DNA from: Paenibacillus sp.
GTDB taxonomy: Bacteria; Bacillota; Bacilli; Paenibacillales; NBRC-103111
Reading direction: 5' to 3'
Length of the DNA: 64,000 bases
Assembly (NCBI GenBank): GCA_031180825.1
Contig: JAPSLM010000006.1
Span: 171,516 to 235,515 of the forward strand
Shown: positions 1 to 10,736 of the stretch, piece after piece
Position numbering within the stretch: the first letter of the stretch is position 1
Layout of the letters: every line of letters starts with the position of its first letter
Position numbers and translations under genes: made by a program
Notes under the pieces: model-generated
Told to the model about the DNA's origin: nothing
Database searches by the model: none
Seen by the model: only the letters and a program-made list of their open reading frames with translations

Positions 1-589
1 TCAGAACGGCGTCCGTCAGTTGCGTCGGCGGTTCGCGCCGGTCGCTGGCCCTGCAGATCAGCTTCAGCGCTTCCAGGCCGAGCGCATAGCCGCTGCCCTC
101 ATCGCCCAGCAGATGGCCCCAGCCGCCGCTGCGGAACAGCTTGCCGCCCGCCAGTCCGAGCGCATTGGAGCCGGTCCCGGAAATAACCAGGATGCCCTGC
201 TCCGCGTCGGCCGGCAGCGCCCCTCGAAGGGCGATATCCAGATCAGTCGTGACCGTGTATGCCGTCCCGTCGGGCAGACCGAGATCGCTTCCGATTCGCC
301 TGAGCTCCCGCTCCATGCGCAGCCGGTCCGCTTCCAGCCGCGCCCCGGCCAGCCCGGCGCAAATCGCGGCGATGTCCCGCGGGACAATCCCGCCTTCGCT
401 CATCCCTTGCCGGATGAGCCGCTTCAGCCTGTCGCGCATCGTCTCGAACCCGACAACGAGCGGATTGGTCGCCTCGCCGGTTACCGTCGCGCTCCACCCC
501 CTTTGCGGCGTTTGCCCGTCGGGGCCCATGGCCTGAAACGCGCATGCGGTCTTCGTGCCGCCTCCGTCGATCCCTATAACGAACGGCAC
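1..589 (-). CDS. BadF/BadG/BcrA/BcrD-family sugar kinase (N-acetylglucosamine/N-acetylmuramate kinase-like), 3' end outside window
   Basis: Not in ORF track (runs off the edge). Manual translation from GTG at 589 after AAGGAGG: MPFVIGIDGGGTKT...GILVISGTGSNA...RSGGWGHLLGDEGSGYALG, the family signature motifs. Confidence 0.88.
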   Translation of the reverse strand, partial: MPFVIGIDGGGTKTACAFQAMGPDGQTPQRGWSATVTGEATNPLVVGFETMRDRLKRLIRQGMSEGGIVPRDIAAICAGLAGARLEADRLRMERELRRIGSDLGLPDGTAYTVTTDLDIALRGALPADAEQGILVISGTGSNALGLAGGKLFRSGGWGHLLGDEGSGYALGLEALKLICRASDRREPPTQLTDAVL

Positions 590-763
590 CGGATCGTCCT
601 CCTCCTTCGCGAGAAACTTTAACTTCGTGATTGCATTATAAAATCATTAAAATATTATGTCAATTATTTTTATAAAATTTTGAAATTAAATTTTAATTTT
701 TCGCAATACGTATTCCCGAACGGGAGAACCAGTCGGATCTCAACGTCCGTTCAAAATGAAAAA

Positions 764-804
764 TCCAGATGAAAAGTCAAAATATACCTGACTTTTCATC
801 CGGA
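764..804. terminator. Inverted repeat, probable intrinsic terminator
   Basis: TCCAGATGAAAAGTCA / TGACTTTTCATCCGGA stem with an A-run on the left. Confidence 0.55.
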
Positions 805-949
805 CCTCTAGTGATCTAGTCGGCAGATGGAACCAAGCAGCGTTGATAACACTCATCATATTTCTTAAATTCCTATCTACCAACTAGGTTTTATATATCT
901 TTATCCTTGCTTCCCGGCAACAAGCCTTGACCGGCAGGCGCCATGAACG

Positions 950-1020
950 GACGGGAGAAAAGCGCCCCCTTGGATCTGGATCAATCGGAGTTGAATCTGT
1001 TTAACGAAGCCAAAGTGACC
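950..1020 (+). mobile_element. Possible tiny IS66 transposase (TnpC) remnant
   Basis: Translates EKSAPLDLDQSELNLFNEAKVT, resembling the SEK..DQLxLFNEAE segment of IS66 TnpC; no ORF or IS ends seen. Confidence 0.3.
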
Positions 1021-1078
1021 GCTGCCCATTAAAAAACCGCCCGAAATTTTCCCGGCGGCTTACCTCGATTCCTATCGG

Positions 1079-1381
1079 TCAAAACATCCGTGCAACCGCG
1101 TCCCGGCCCTTCATTCCCGCCACCACGCCGAGTGCCACGGCTCCGTAGGTGACCGACTCCAGCGGCGCTTCCAACAGCTCCTCGATCGTCCGTACGCCCG
1201 TCGCCCGGGCGGCGATAATGCCCCGTTCCTTCAAACGTTCATTCAGCAGACCTACGTCGAGCGCCCCGCACATAATGTATCCTTTGTCGGTCGTCACGGC
1301 GAGCAGCGTCGTTTTCGGCAGCTTCACCTCGATCGCCAGTGCCGTGCGCCCATCCAGATTCACCGGTTCCATACGCATCAT
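1079..1381 (-). CDS. yunC: YunC/DUF1805 family protein
   Basis: VKLPKTTLL...GYIMCGALDV..LNE.L..RGIIAARA.GVRTIEELLEAP motif; start reassigned to ATG 1381 after AAAGGGGTG. Confidence 0.88.
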   Translation of the reverse strand: MMRMEPVNLDGRTALAIEVKLPKTTLLAVTTDKGYIMCGALDVGLLNERLKERGIIAARATGVRTIEELLEAPLESVTYGAVALGVVAGMKGRDAVARMF

Positions 1382-1479
1382 TGCCCAAGCACCCCTTTTA
1401 CACCCATATGCAACACTATATGCCCTCCGGCATTCATCCGTGCACGAAGACGGGATCGGGAAATAAATGATTTGCGTGG

Positions 1480-2805
1480 TCAGCCGGGAGGAATGCTCTG
1501 TTCGAAGCGGAACAGATTTTCCGGGTCGTACAGTTGCTTGACCCGCCGCAGCTTCGCGAGATTGTCTCCAAAATAAGCGGTCGGCCAATCGGGGATCTGA
1601 CTGTCGCAATAGTCGCGATAAGCGCCGCGCGTGTAGGGAAGCATGGCTTGGCGAAGCCTTTCCACCCATTGAATATGGGGACTTGCCTCCGAATTCTGTT
1701 CCCAATACGATTGGTAATGAATGACGAACAAGGCAGCGCGATGCACGAAAGCCGTTGCCTCCGGGGGCATTCGTTTAATGGAACCGCCGTAAGCGTCAAA
1801 AGCAACCAACTCGCCCGGGCCGGGAGTCGTCTGCAAATGGCGGATCAATTCGTCGAGAGCCGCGTCCGACAAAGGCTCGTAAGCATAAGCGGAGGAATTT
1901 TTGAATGTTTCTTGCCGGCTCGGATTCCCTGCAAACATACGGGCGGCTTCAATCCAGGTCATTGTACGGAATTCCGCCGTTCTGGGTGGAACCGCCTGCT
2001 GCACCGGTTGCACGAGCCTCCTCAGCTCCGTTTCCGAGCCTGCGAATATCCCGTTGGAACGGACCACACCTCTTTGTTGCGTCGGAAGCGTTAAAAACGA
2101 AGTCAGACGGTCATCGGCGTAAGGGGCCCATGCTTGCCAGCTGCGCACCACTTCTTTCAGCCGGGCAAAATCCCAAGTCAACCTGTAATGAGCTACATTC
2201 TCAATCGGATGGACGCGAAAAGTGAACGAAGTAATGACGCCAAAATTACCGTCGCCCGCGCCTCGGCATGCCCAGAACAGACCGCGGTGCTGATCCTTAT
2301 TCGCGCGAATCGTTTTCCCTTGCGCCGTAACCATTTCAAATTCGATTACATTGTCGCAAGTCATGCCGTGCAGCCTGGATAGCAATCCGTACCCGCCTCC
2401 AAGCGTCAATCCGGCGACGCCGACGCCTCGGCAAGTTCCTCCGGGAAGGGCCAGCTTTTTCTTCCATAGCTCTTCGTACAAGGGGAGCAAAGGAAAGCCC
2501 GGGCCGATTCGCGCAAGGCCGCGTTCTTGATGGAGCTGCAGATGCCGCAGCTCGCTTATATCGATGACGAGACCGTCGTCAACCAGCGAGTAGGCTTCAT
2601 AGCTGTGCCCACCGCAGCGTATGCGAAAAGGCTCTTCGGATCTGCGCGCCCATAAGATGGCGTTGACAACGTCTTGTCTAACCTGGCAGTAAACGATTAC
2701 TTTAGGAAACTTGGAGAAGCGGGCATTATAATTGCGCCTTGCCTCCTCGTAGCCCGGCGCTCCTTGCCAAATCACGCGCCCGGTCAACCCTTCCGTCGCT
2801 TCCAC
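1480..2805 (-). CDS. FAD-binding oxidoreductase, berberine-bridge-enzyme-like (YgaK/YvdP type)
   Basis: RCGGHSYE covalent-FAD motif, GGTC.GVG.AGLTLGGG, C-terminal YDPENLFRFEQSIP. Confidence 0.9.
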   Translation of the reverse strand: MEATEGLTGRVIWQGAPGYEEARRNYNARFSKFPKVIVYCQVRQDVVNAILWARRSEEPFRIRCGGHSYEAYSLVDDGLVIDISELRHLQLHQERGLARIGPGFPLLPLYEELWKKKLALPGGTCRGVGVAGLTLGGGYGLLSRLHGMTCDNVIEFEMVTAQGKTIRANKDQHRGLFWACRGAGDGNFGVITSFTFRVHPIENVAHYRLTWDFARLKEVVRSWQAWAPYADDRLTSFLTLPTQQRGVVRSNGIFAGSETELRRLVQPVQQAVPPRTAEFRTMTWIEAARMFAGNPSRQETFKNSSAYAYEPLSDAALDELIRHLQTTPGPGELVAFDAYGGSIKRMPPEATAFVHRAALFVIHYQSYWEQNSEASPHIQWVERLRQAMLPYTRGAYRDYCDSQIPDWPTAYFGDNLAKLRRVKQLYDPENLFRFEQSIPPG

Positions 2806-3293
2806 AAATCAATCCCTCCCCGTTTCCTGCGAGACGCTTGGTAAGCTTTCGATTATCCATATGTGGGAAAGGATAGCAGCAGAACGCGGAGACGGCCGTT
2901 TAAACGTTCCGGAAGCCGATAAAATGGCATCCGGACCATATCGCTCATCAGCCTTCATTCCTCGGCGGCTTTACACTAGAGGAGCCCTCCGGAAACCACA
3001 AACAATTTAACATAAATATCCTTGCAAACATTTTGACATAGTTCCTTAGATATAGTATCCTCGTTTCGTATTTAGTTATTAGGGCCTACCATTTTTATCC
3101 TGAACCTAGTTCAAACCTACCTGAACAGCGGCAAGCCAATCGGGGCACCATACGACATTTTTATCCTTCAAGTTATTTCCATCGCACACGAACGGCATTT
3201 GGATAATAAATCCATCCGATCTGCTTCTATTTTCCTATAGTAAAAAGTGGTATAGTAAAGATTACGTAAGCATCAAATGAGGAGGAGCCGCCT

Positions 3294-3836
3294 GTGGAAG
3301 CCAACAAATCGCAAAAACGAAAGTTTTTGTTCAATGCAGACATCATGATTGAGGAAGATACCAACGGGCGAGCTTTAGAGAAGCTGCTGCATCTGCTCAA
3401 TTCGGAACTTGTAACCGATTATCAAATCAAGCAGGGGGTGGAATTAGGAAAAACCATCGAAGCCTCGCTGAAAGAAGCCATTCTCAAAAAATTCGACACG
3501 TCTGCCGAGCCGGCGAAAAACCGGCCGATGGCCGCTTCAGCGGAACCCGCCCCGAAAGCTCCCTCCGCTCCGCGCGTCAAGGAGACCAAAGCTGCGGAGG
3601 AGCAACGCCCCGAAGCCGATCCGTTCAAGCAGATCTGGGAAGAAATGAGAGCATTTCAACAAAACAATACGCTGGTGCGTTTGTCCGTTGTCAAAGAGAA
3701 GGGGATCAAGCTCAGCATGCCGTGCCGTATACTAAATACGGACCAGACTAGCGGAAACCTCACGGTCTATCATGTCGACGAGAAGAAGGTCTACCTGCTT
3801 AAAATTAACGAAATTGACGATTTTCAGGCCCGCTGA
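3294..3836 (+). CDS. Hypothetical two-domain protein with Ala/Pro/Lys linker
   Basis: 180 aa ORF with GAGGAGG RBS and downstream hairpin/U-tract; no family recognised. Confidence 0.75.
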   Translation: MEANKSQKRKFLFNADIMIEEDTNGRALEKLLHLLNSELVTDYQIKQGVELGKTIEASLKEAILKKFDTSAEPAKNRPMAASAEPAPKAPSAPRVKETKAAEEQRPEADPFKQIWEEMRAFQQNNTLVRLSVVKEKGIKLSMPCRILNTDQTSGNLTVYHVDEKKVYLLKINEIDDFQAR

Positions 3837-3848
3837 ACCGGGCCTTTT

Positions 3849-5795
3849 TTAATTGAACGGGGGACTCTCCTCGCCGGCTGCAGCCCGTGCGGAATAAAGC
3901 TTCATCAGACGTTCTGCATCGGGAACGGCAAGGGGCGGGCTCAGATAAAAGCCTTGAATGAGATGGCAGCTGTTGTCATGCAAAAATCGGAGCTGCTCCT
4001 CGGTTTCGACGCCTTCCGCAATCACTTCCATGCTCAAATGCCGGGTCATGGCAATGATCGAAGCGACGATGGCCGCGTCGTTCGGATCGGTCATAAGGTC
4101 GCGCACGAAGGAGCGGTCGATTTTTAATTTGTCGATCGGGAATTTTTTCAAGCAGGACAACGAGCTGTAGCCGGTGCCGAAATCGTCGATGCTGATTTTG
4201 ACCCCAAGCTTCTTGAGCTCATGCAGCAGATCGCTGGCATAATCGACATCCATCGTGCAGCTTTCCGTAATTTCAAGCTCCAGCAACGCGGGATCAAGCC
4301 CCGTTTCCCGAAGCGTCCTGCCGATTCTGGCGCACAGCTGATGCTGCATGAACTGCCGGATCGACAAATTGACCGATACCGGTACAACCTCCAGCCCGGC
4401 GTCCTGCCACTGCTTGTTCTGCCGGCAGGCTTCCTTCAGCGCCCACTCGCCGATCGGCACGATCAGACCGCTGTCTTCCGCGAACGGAATGAATTCTCCC
4501 GGCGGCACCAGCCCGCGCTGCGGATGCAGCCACCGGACGAGCGCCTCGAATCCGACAATGCGGCCGGTCGCACTATTAATCTGCGGCTGGTAATGCAGCA
4601 GCAGCTCGTTCTTGGCTAGAGCCCGGCGAAGCTCGCTTTCCATAGTTAAGCGTTTCAATGATACGGATTTCATCTCGCTGTTGAACAACTGATAGTTGTT
4701 TTTGCCTTTTTCCTTGGCACGGGTCAAGGCCATGTCCGCGCATTTCATCAGCGAATCCGCACACTCGCCCTCCTGCGACATCAGCGATATGCCGATGCTG
4801 GCCGTCAGGTGGACCAGATTTTGTCCCAATACGAAAGGCTCCTCCAGCACATCGAAAATCGCCTTCGCGAGCGTTCCCACCGGCTCCGCCGCTTGGTCCG
4901 GCACCTGGAAGAAGAACGCGAACTCGTCTCCTTCCGTACGCGCGAGACAATCGTCCGGACCCAAGCAGCGGGTAAACCGCTCTGCTGCCTGCAGCAGCAG
5001 CATATCTCCGTAATCGTGCCCGAAGCAATCGTTGACGATCTTGAAACGGTCGATATCGACGAACAGGACAGCCAGCTTCCGTCCGTGACGCGACGCCGCC
5101 CCAATGGCGGCGTTCAAATGCTCCACGAACAGTCTGCGGTTCGGAAGTCCCGTCATGTCGTCATAATAGGCCAAATGGCGAATCTGCTCTTCGGTTCGCA
5201 TCGCGGACGTAATGTCCTGGCAAACGATCAAAATCCCTGTCGTGATCCCCTTCTCCTTCACGGGAACGACCGTCGTATCGAGGTCGATGCGGTAGCCGTC
5301 CTTATGCAGAAGCGACGTTTTGAACGAAAGCGGCGATTCATACGGCACTTCAGTGAAAAAACCGTTCGCCCTGCCCGCCATCTCTTCCGGAAACAGCGTG
5401 CGCAGGTGCTTCCCCCGCAGCTCCTCCTCCCGGTATCCGAACATCCGTTCCACAGCCTGATTCCATTGCAGTAAGTATCCTCCCGGATCGATCAGCCCTA
5501 CGGCGCCCGGATGGTGATGGAACAGCGCGTTCAACCGACTGTCCGCCCTGCGAAGCCGTTCCTCCGCAATACGGGTTCTGGCGGCCGATTCGGATACGGC
5601 CCGGGACAGCCGGATCATGCGGTCCCACGAATAAGCCAGCAGCAGGAAGACAGCCGCGCCGAATCCCCATAGGAAAGCCCCTCCGGCCCACCAGCAGACG
5701 AGGAATCCGACCGCCGTCCCTCCGCATGCGAACAGCATCGTTCTTTTTTCATCGCGAGATTGTGTGCCCTTTGCTGATCCGTCGGTCCTAGACAT
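3849..5795 (-). CDS. Membrane-anchored PAS-GGDEF-EAL c-di-GMP signalling protein (likely phosphodiesterase)
   Basis: Two N-terminal TM helices, PAS domain, degenerate EGDEF, intact EAL and DDFGTGYSSL; start set at ATG 5795 after AAGGAGG. Confidence 0.92.
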   Translation of the reverse strand: MSRTDGSAKGTQSRDEKRTMLFACGGTAVGFLVCWWAGGAFLWGFGAAVFLLLAYSWDRMIRLSRAVSESAARTRIAEERLRRADSRLNALFHHHPGAVGLIDPGGYLLQWNQAVERMFGYREEELRGKHLRTLFPEEMAGRANGFFTEVPYESPLSFKTSLLHKDGYRIDLDTTVVPVKEKGITTGILIVCQDITSAMRTEEQIRHLAYYDDMTGLPNRRLFVEHLNAAIGAASRHGRKLAVLFVDIDRFKIVNDCFGHDYGDMLLLQAAERFTRCLGPDDCLARTEGDEFAFFFQVPDQAAEPVGTLAKAIFDVLEEPFVLGQNLVHLTASIGISLMSQEGECADSLMKCADMALTRAKEKGKNNYQLFNSEMKSVSLKRLTMESELRRALAKNELLLHYQPQINSATGRIVGFEALVRWLHPQRGLVPPGEFIPFAEDSGLIVPIGEWALKEACRQNKQWQDAGLEVVPVSVNLSIRQFMQHQLCARIGRTLRETGLDPALLELEITESCTMDVDYASDLLHELKKLGVKISIDDFGTGYSSLSCLKKFPIDKLKIDRSFVRDLMTDPNDAAIVASIIAMTRHLSMEVIAEGVETEEQLRFLHDNSCHLIQGFYLSPPLAVPDAERLMKLYSARAAAGEESPPFN

Positions 5796-5981
5796 GCGGG
5801 CCTCCTTTCCCGGAAAGATACGTTTGTAAGAGTATTCCATTCCCAAATCTTGTCCGTAGAATTTCTACACTCCATTGTCTTTTTCCTGCTAAATCGACAA
5901 AAAAAGCGAGTTATTCCAGAAAGGTAGGCATAAAAAAAATTCGGCATGAAGGCCTGCCGAATCGGGAAAGAGGCTTAAGAC

Positions 5982-6353
5982 TTATTTTGCCCGAAGGGCC
6001 AACACCAAGGACAGCCAGCCGAACAAAAAGGCAACCCCGCCGATCGGGGTAATCGCGCCCAGCTGCTTTATCCCCGTTATACTCAGAACATACAGGCTGC
6101 CGGAAAAAACGACGATCCCGACAAACATCGACCAGCCGGCCCGGCGCAAATGTCCGCTGGCCGGAAGCAGGGAAGCCGCAAGTCCAACGGCGATCAACCC
6201 GAGCGAATGCATCATCTGGTACTGGACGCCGGTCTGGAAATTGGCCAGCCTGTCCGCAGCGAGCCATCCTTTCAGCGCATGCGCGCCGAATGCTCCGAAC
6301 GCCACCGACAGCAATGCGCAAATGCTGCCAAGAGCCACAAACGTTCTATTCAT
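5982..6353 (-). CDS. DUF423 (YwdK/YgdD) membrane protein
   Basis: GAFGAH, TGVQYQM.H, FSGSLY.L, GAITPIGG motifs; start ATG 6353. Confidence 0.92.
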   Translation of the reverse strand: MNRTFVALGSICALLSVAFGAFGAHALKGWLAADRLANFQTGVQYQMMHSLGLIAVGLAASLLPASGHLRRAGWSMFVGIVVFSGSLYVLSITGIKQLGAITPIGGVAFLFGWLSLVLALRAK

Positions 6354-6483
6354 CCACTTCACCTCCCTTTTCATGATATAGTATTTTTTCCCCACTGCCA
6401 AATGAACAAAATAAGTCCTGCCTTCTCGCCGGATTCGGCTTGTCAGCAGGACTTCTTACGTTATGCAAGCGATAGGTGCGCGG

Positions 6484-6783
6484 CTACATTTGCCCGATAT
6501 CGTGCTGGCCGACGATCAGGGTGACTGGCTCCAGAAAGACGCGGGTGATGGCAGGCTTCTTGAGCAAGTCAATCTCGATGTCGATGACCTTGAACCGCTC
6601 CCGCTTGCCTTCGCGCTTGTCGTATACCACTTCGAATTCTTTCAGCCCGAGCTGGTACGAAACGACGGAGCAGCCGATCGTCAAGGCCGGTGCCTCGTGC
6701 TCTCCGTGGTCGAACAGCACTTCAGCCATAATTTCTTCGTTCATATCTACAATTTTGACTGTTTGGCAAATCGCATATTTCAT
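6484..6783 (-). CDS. Hypothetical protein (99 aa)
   Basis: GGAGGAGG RBS before ATG 6783; natural-looking protein composition. Confidence 0.7.
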   Translation of the reverse strand: MKYAICQTVKIVDMNEEIMAEVLFDHGEHEAPALTIGCSVVSYQLGLKEFEVVYDKREGKRERFKVIDIEIDLLKKPAITRVFLEPVTLIVGQHDIGQM

Positions 6784-7083
6784 TGCCATCCTCCTCCGGC
6801 AGGGGCGAAGCTGATCATTGCCCTGAAGTGACGTGCCCCCGTTTCCAATGACGAATTCGACGTTCTGCGTCCAAACTCCTGCTTTTTCCAACCGGATGAG
6901 GGACAAAGTTCGTTATTTTTTTGAGCGAATCCCGCGATCGGCGGCAGGACGCTTCCCCGGACGATAACGTAACCGAGCGGGAGCGGCGGCACGGCGGCGG
7001 AGCCGATGCCAAGGGCAAGCTGCGCCGGATCGATGAGGGGAGCCATGCCGATATAGAATGACGATCTCTGCGCCTTCCCGGCT

Positions 7084-8955
7084 CTATTCTAACTTGCGCT
7101 CTGCCGGCTGGCCGTCGTCCGTCGACGGGTTGACATGCATTTGTGCATACAGCCCCCGCTGCGCCAAAAGCTCCTCGTGCGTTCCCCGCTCGACGATCTC
7201 GCCCCCGCGCACGACGAGAATCAGGTCGGCCTCCTGAATCGTGCTGAGCCGGTGGGCGATGACGAAGCTGGTCCGCCCTTGCATGAGCGTTTTCATCGCT
7301 TCCTGGATGTGCATTTCCGTGCGCGTATCGACGCTGCTGGTCGCTTCGTCCAAGATCAGAATGGACGGATCGGAAAGAATCGCCCTGGCAATCGTCAGCA
7401 GCTGCCGCTGCCCGTGGCTCAGATTGCCGCCTTCCGCCGAGAGCGGCGTATCGTATCCTTGCGGCAGCTTGCGGATGAAGCCGTCCGCATTCGCCAGCTT
7501 GGCCGCCGCGCGGATCTCCTCCTCCGTCGCGTCCAGCCGCCCGTACCGGATGTTGTCGCGAATCGTGCCGCTGAACAGATGCGCGTCCTGCAGTACGATG
7601 CCGAGACGGCTTCTGAGGCTGTTTTTGTCCCACTCCCGGATCTCTTTGCCGTCAACCCGGATCGCCCCTTCCGAAATATCGTAGAAACGGGCGAGCAGGT
7701 TCATGATCGTCGTCTTGCCCGATCCGGTCGGACCGACCAGGGCGACGACCTGTCCCGGCTTGGCGGCAAACGATACGTCCCGCAGAACCGGCGTATCGCC
7801 GTAGCCGAACGTCACCCGGTCGAACTCGACGTCCCCGCGGACGGTTTCCTGCGGCTTCCGGCCGCCCTCGCTCCCGAGCTCCGTTTCGGTATCCAGAATC
7901 TCAAATACCCGCTCCGCTCCGGCCACGCCGGATTGAATCATGTTGTACTGGTTGGCCAGCTCGTTGACCGGGCCGCTGAACTGCTTGGAGTAATTCAAAA
8001 AGCTGACGATGACTCCGATCGTCGTCCAGCCGTTGTACGCCATCCAGCCCCCGGCCACCGCCAGCAAGATGAAGCTCGTATGGTTCAACAGGTTCATGAA
8101 CGGGCCCATCATGCCGGAAAAAATTTGCGCCCGCGTCCCCGCCCGCCGCAGCCGGGCGTTAATCTCTTGGAACCGCTGCGCCGCCAGCTCTTCGCGGTTG
8201 TAGATTTTGACGACCTTCTGCCCGGATATCGTCTCTTCGATGAAGCCGTTCAGCTCGCCGAGATGGCGCTGCTGTTCCTTGAATTGGCTTTTGGTGCGCT
8301 TGCCGATTTGCCGGGCGATAGCGGTGACGAGCGGAATGATTACGAGCGCGACGAGCGTCAGCCATCCGTTCAGCAGCATCATCATCGTCAGCGACCCGAG
8401 CAGCGTAACGACGCTCGTGACGAGCTGAAGCAAGCTTTGGTTCAGTGTGTTTGAGACGTTATCGATGTCGTTCGCCGTGCGGCTCATCAGCTCCCCGTGC
8501 GGCGTCTTGTCGAAGAAGCGCACCGGGAGCTCCTGCATATGGGCGAACAGATCGCGGCGCAGCTCCCACACCGTCCGCCCGGCGATGCCGGACATCACGT
8601 ACGTTTGCAGCCACGAAACGGCGCTGCCGCCGATATAGACGGCCAGCAAAAGGGCGCACAGCCCCAGCAGGCCGTCCGGATCGCGAAGCGCGATGTAGCG
8701 GTCGATCGCCGTTCCGATCAGATACGGTCCCGCCAGCGACAGCGCAAGCCCGAGCAGCACAAGCGCGACGACGCCGGCCAGCGCGGCCCGCTGCCTCTTC
8801 AGATACCCCCACAGCCTCCGAATGACGGCCCGTGTATTTTTGGCCCTCATCTTGGGTACAGGTTCGCCCCGGCGTCCGAATCCGAACGCGGCCGCCGGAA
8901 GATCCGCCGGTTTTTTCGCGTCAGGACGGGCTGCGGGTTGAGCTTGAGGTGTCAA
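7084..8955 (-). CDS. ABC exporter subunit (fused TMD+NBD), heterodimeric multidrug type
   Basis: TM domain, GPTGSGKT, LSHGQRQ, LILDEATS; probable TTG start 8955 after AAGGAGG. Confidence 0.93.
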   Translation of the reverse strand: MTPQAQPAARPDAKKPADLPAAAFGFGRRGEPVPKMRAKNTRAVIRRLWGYLKRQRAALAGVVALVLLGLALSLAGPYLIGTAIDRYIALRDPDGLLGLCALLLAVYIGGSAVSWLQTYVMSGIAGRTVWELRRDLFAHMQELPVRFFDKTPHGELMSRTANDIDNVSNTLNQSLLQLVTSVVTLLGSLTMMMLLNGWLTLVALVIIPLVTAIARQIGKRTKSQFKEQQRHLGELNGFIEETISGQKVVKIYNREELAAQRFQEINARLRRAGTRAQIFSGMMGPFMNLLNHTSFILLAVAGGWMAYNGWTTIGVIVSFLNYSKQFSGPVNELANQYNMIQSGVAGAERVFEILDTETELGSEGGRKPQETVRGDVEFDRVTFGYGDTPVLRDVSFAAKPGQVVALVGPTGSGKTTIMNLLARFYDISEGAIRVDGKEIREWDKNSLRSRLGIVLQDAHLFSGTIRDNIRYGRLDATEEEIRAAAKLANADGFIRKLPQGYDTPLSAEGGNLSHGQRQLLTIARAILSDPSILILDEATSSVDTRTEMHIQEAMKTLMQGRTSFVIAHRLSTIQEADLILVVRGGEIVERGTHEELLAQRGLYAQMHVNPSTDDGQPAERKLE

Positions 8956-10690
8956 GGGCGCTCGCCTCCTTTCCGTGCTGGGAGCGGTAAATATCGCGGT
9001 AAATCGCGCTGCTCCGCAGCAGCTCCCGGTGCGTGCCCCGGGCGGCAATCGCGCCGTCCTCCAGCACGAGGATCAGATCCGCATCCGTCACCGACGCAAT
9101 GCGCTGGGCGATGACGATGCGGGTCGTTCCGCTCATCCATGCCTCCAGAGACTCGCGGATGCGGGCTTCCGTCACCAGATCGACGGCGCTCGTGCTGTCG
9201 TCCAGAATAAGAATTTTAGGCCGGAGCAGCAGCGCCCGCGCGATGGATAAACGCTGCTTTTGGCCGCCCGACAGATTGACGCCCCGCTGGCCCAGCTCCG
9301 TATCGTAGCCGTCCGGCATTCGCTTGATGAACTCATGAGCCTGCGCGGCTCTGGCCGCGGCCTCGACTTCCTCCTGCGAGGCGTCCGGCCGCCCGTAGCG
9401 GATGTTGTCGCGAATCGTGCCGCTGAACAGGACCGCCTGCTGAAGCACGATGCCGACTTGACTGCGCAAATGCTTGAAATCGATCTCTCTCACATCGGTA
9501 CCGTCGATCAGAACCCGGCCTTCCGTCGCATCGAACAGCCTCGGGATCAGGCCGACCAGGGACGATTTGCCCGAACCGGTCGCACCGAGAATACCGACCG
9601 TCTGACCCGGCTCGACGGCGAAGCTGACGTCCTTCAGCACAAAGTCCGTCTTTCCGGGATCGAACGAGAACGATACCCGGTCGAATTTCACATGCCCGGC
9701 CCGGATGGCGCCGGCTTTGGCCTGCCCCGCTTCCGCAATGCCCGGCTGCGTCTCCAGCACTTCGCAGATGCGTTCCGCGGACGCTTTGGCCCGGGAGAAC
9801 GAAATCAGCTGCATGCCGACGGACAGCAGGGAGAAGAGGAGCTGCGACATATAGCTGAGGTACGCGACCAGATCGCCCACCGGCATCGCGCCTTCCCACG
9901 TCTGCGCGCCTCCGTACCAGAGCACGGCCACGATACCCGCGTTCAGCACCAGCATCATCAGCGGCATATTGGCCGCAACCGTCCGTGCGGCCTTCAGGGC
10001 AACCTCCAGGTGCTCCCGGTTCGCCTTCCCGTAGCGCTCGCGCTCGACGGCGGACCGGACGAACGCTTTCACCACGCGGATGCCCTTGAGGTTCTCCTGC
10101 AGCACCGTGTTCAGCCCGTCCAGCTTGTCCTGCACCCGGCCGAACAGCGGAACCGACAGCCGGATCAGCGTGTACAAAATGATAACCAGGAGCGGCACCA
10201 CGGCAAGCAGCATCAGCGAGAGCCGGGGACTGAGCGCGATCATCATCGCGATGCTGCCGATCGCAAGCGACGTGCTGCGAACCATGACGCGCAGCAGCAT
10301 CTGGATCTGGTTCTGCACCTGCATGACATCGCCCGTCAGCCGGGTTACAAGCGATCCGGCCGTCAGCCGATCCAAATTGTCGAACGAAAAGGTCTGTACT
10401 TTTTGAAACAAACGGAGACGCAGATCCGCCCCGAAGCCGAGCGCCGCCCGGCTGGAAAAAACCGTGCAGCCCGCTCCGCCGAGCAGTCCGACGAGGGCGG
10501 CGCCGATCATCAGCAGCCCCGTATGCCATATGTGCTCCAGGTCGCTGCGCACGACGCCTTCATTGATGACGCTTGCCATCAGCCTCGGCTGCAGCAGATC
10601 CATGCATACCTCCAGCACCATAAACAGAGGCGCCAACAGCGCGGCCCATGTATAGGGCTTCAAGTAGGTTCTAAGCTTCCACACCTTCAT
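8921..10690 (-). CDS. ABC exporter subunit (fused TMD+NBD), degenerate-site partner
   Basis: GATGSGKS, LSGGQKQR, LILDDSTS with Gln switch (IAQR), typical of TM287-like half. Confidence 0.93.
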   Translation of the reverse strand: MKVWKLRTYLKPYTWAALLAPLFMVLEVCMDLLQPRLMASVINEGVVRSDLEHIWHTGLLMIGAALVGLLGGAGCTVFSSRAALGFGADLRLRLFQKVQTFSFDNLDRLTAGSLVTRLTGDVMQVQNQIQMLLRVMVRSTSLAIGSIAMMIALSPRLSLMLLAVVPLLVIILYTLIRLSVPLFGRVQDKLDGLNTVLQENLKGIRVVKAFVRSAVERERYGKANREHLEVALKAARTVAANMPLMMLVLNAGIVAVLWYGGAQTWEGAMPVGDLVAYLSYMSQLLFSLLSVGMQLISFSRAKASAERICEVLETQPGIAEAGQAKAGAIRAGHVKFDRVSFSFDPGKTDFVLKDVSFAVEPGQTVGILGATGSGKSSLVGLIPRLFDATEGRVLIDGTDVREIDFKHLRSQVGIVLQQAVLFSGTIRDNIRYGRPDASQEEVEAAARAAQAHEFIKRMPDGYDTELGQRGVNLSGGQKQRLSIARALLLRPKILILDDSTSAVDLVTEARIRESLEAWMSGTTRIVIAQRIASVTDADLILVLEDGAIAARGTHRELLRSSAIYRDIYRSQHGKEASALDTSSSTRSPS

Positions 10691-10719
10691 TATCCTCCGA
10701 TTGGTTGGGTTCTCCTCGC

Positions 10720-10736
10720 TTGTTTGCCGGCTAACT
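10720..10736. promoter_or_regulatory. Putative MarR operator, downstream copy
   Basis: TTGTTTGCCGGCTAACT, near-identical to 11197-11213, imperfect palindrome. Confidence 0.55.

Noticed and set aside
20-622. 200 aa plus-strand ORF
   Set aside because: Opposite strand encodes a recognisable sugar kinase with an RBS.
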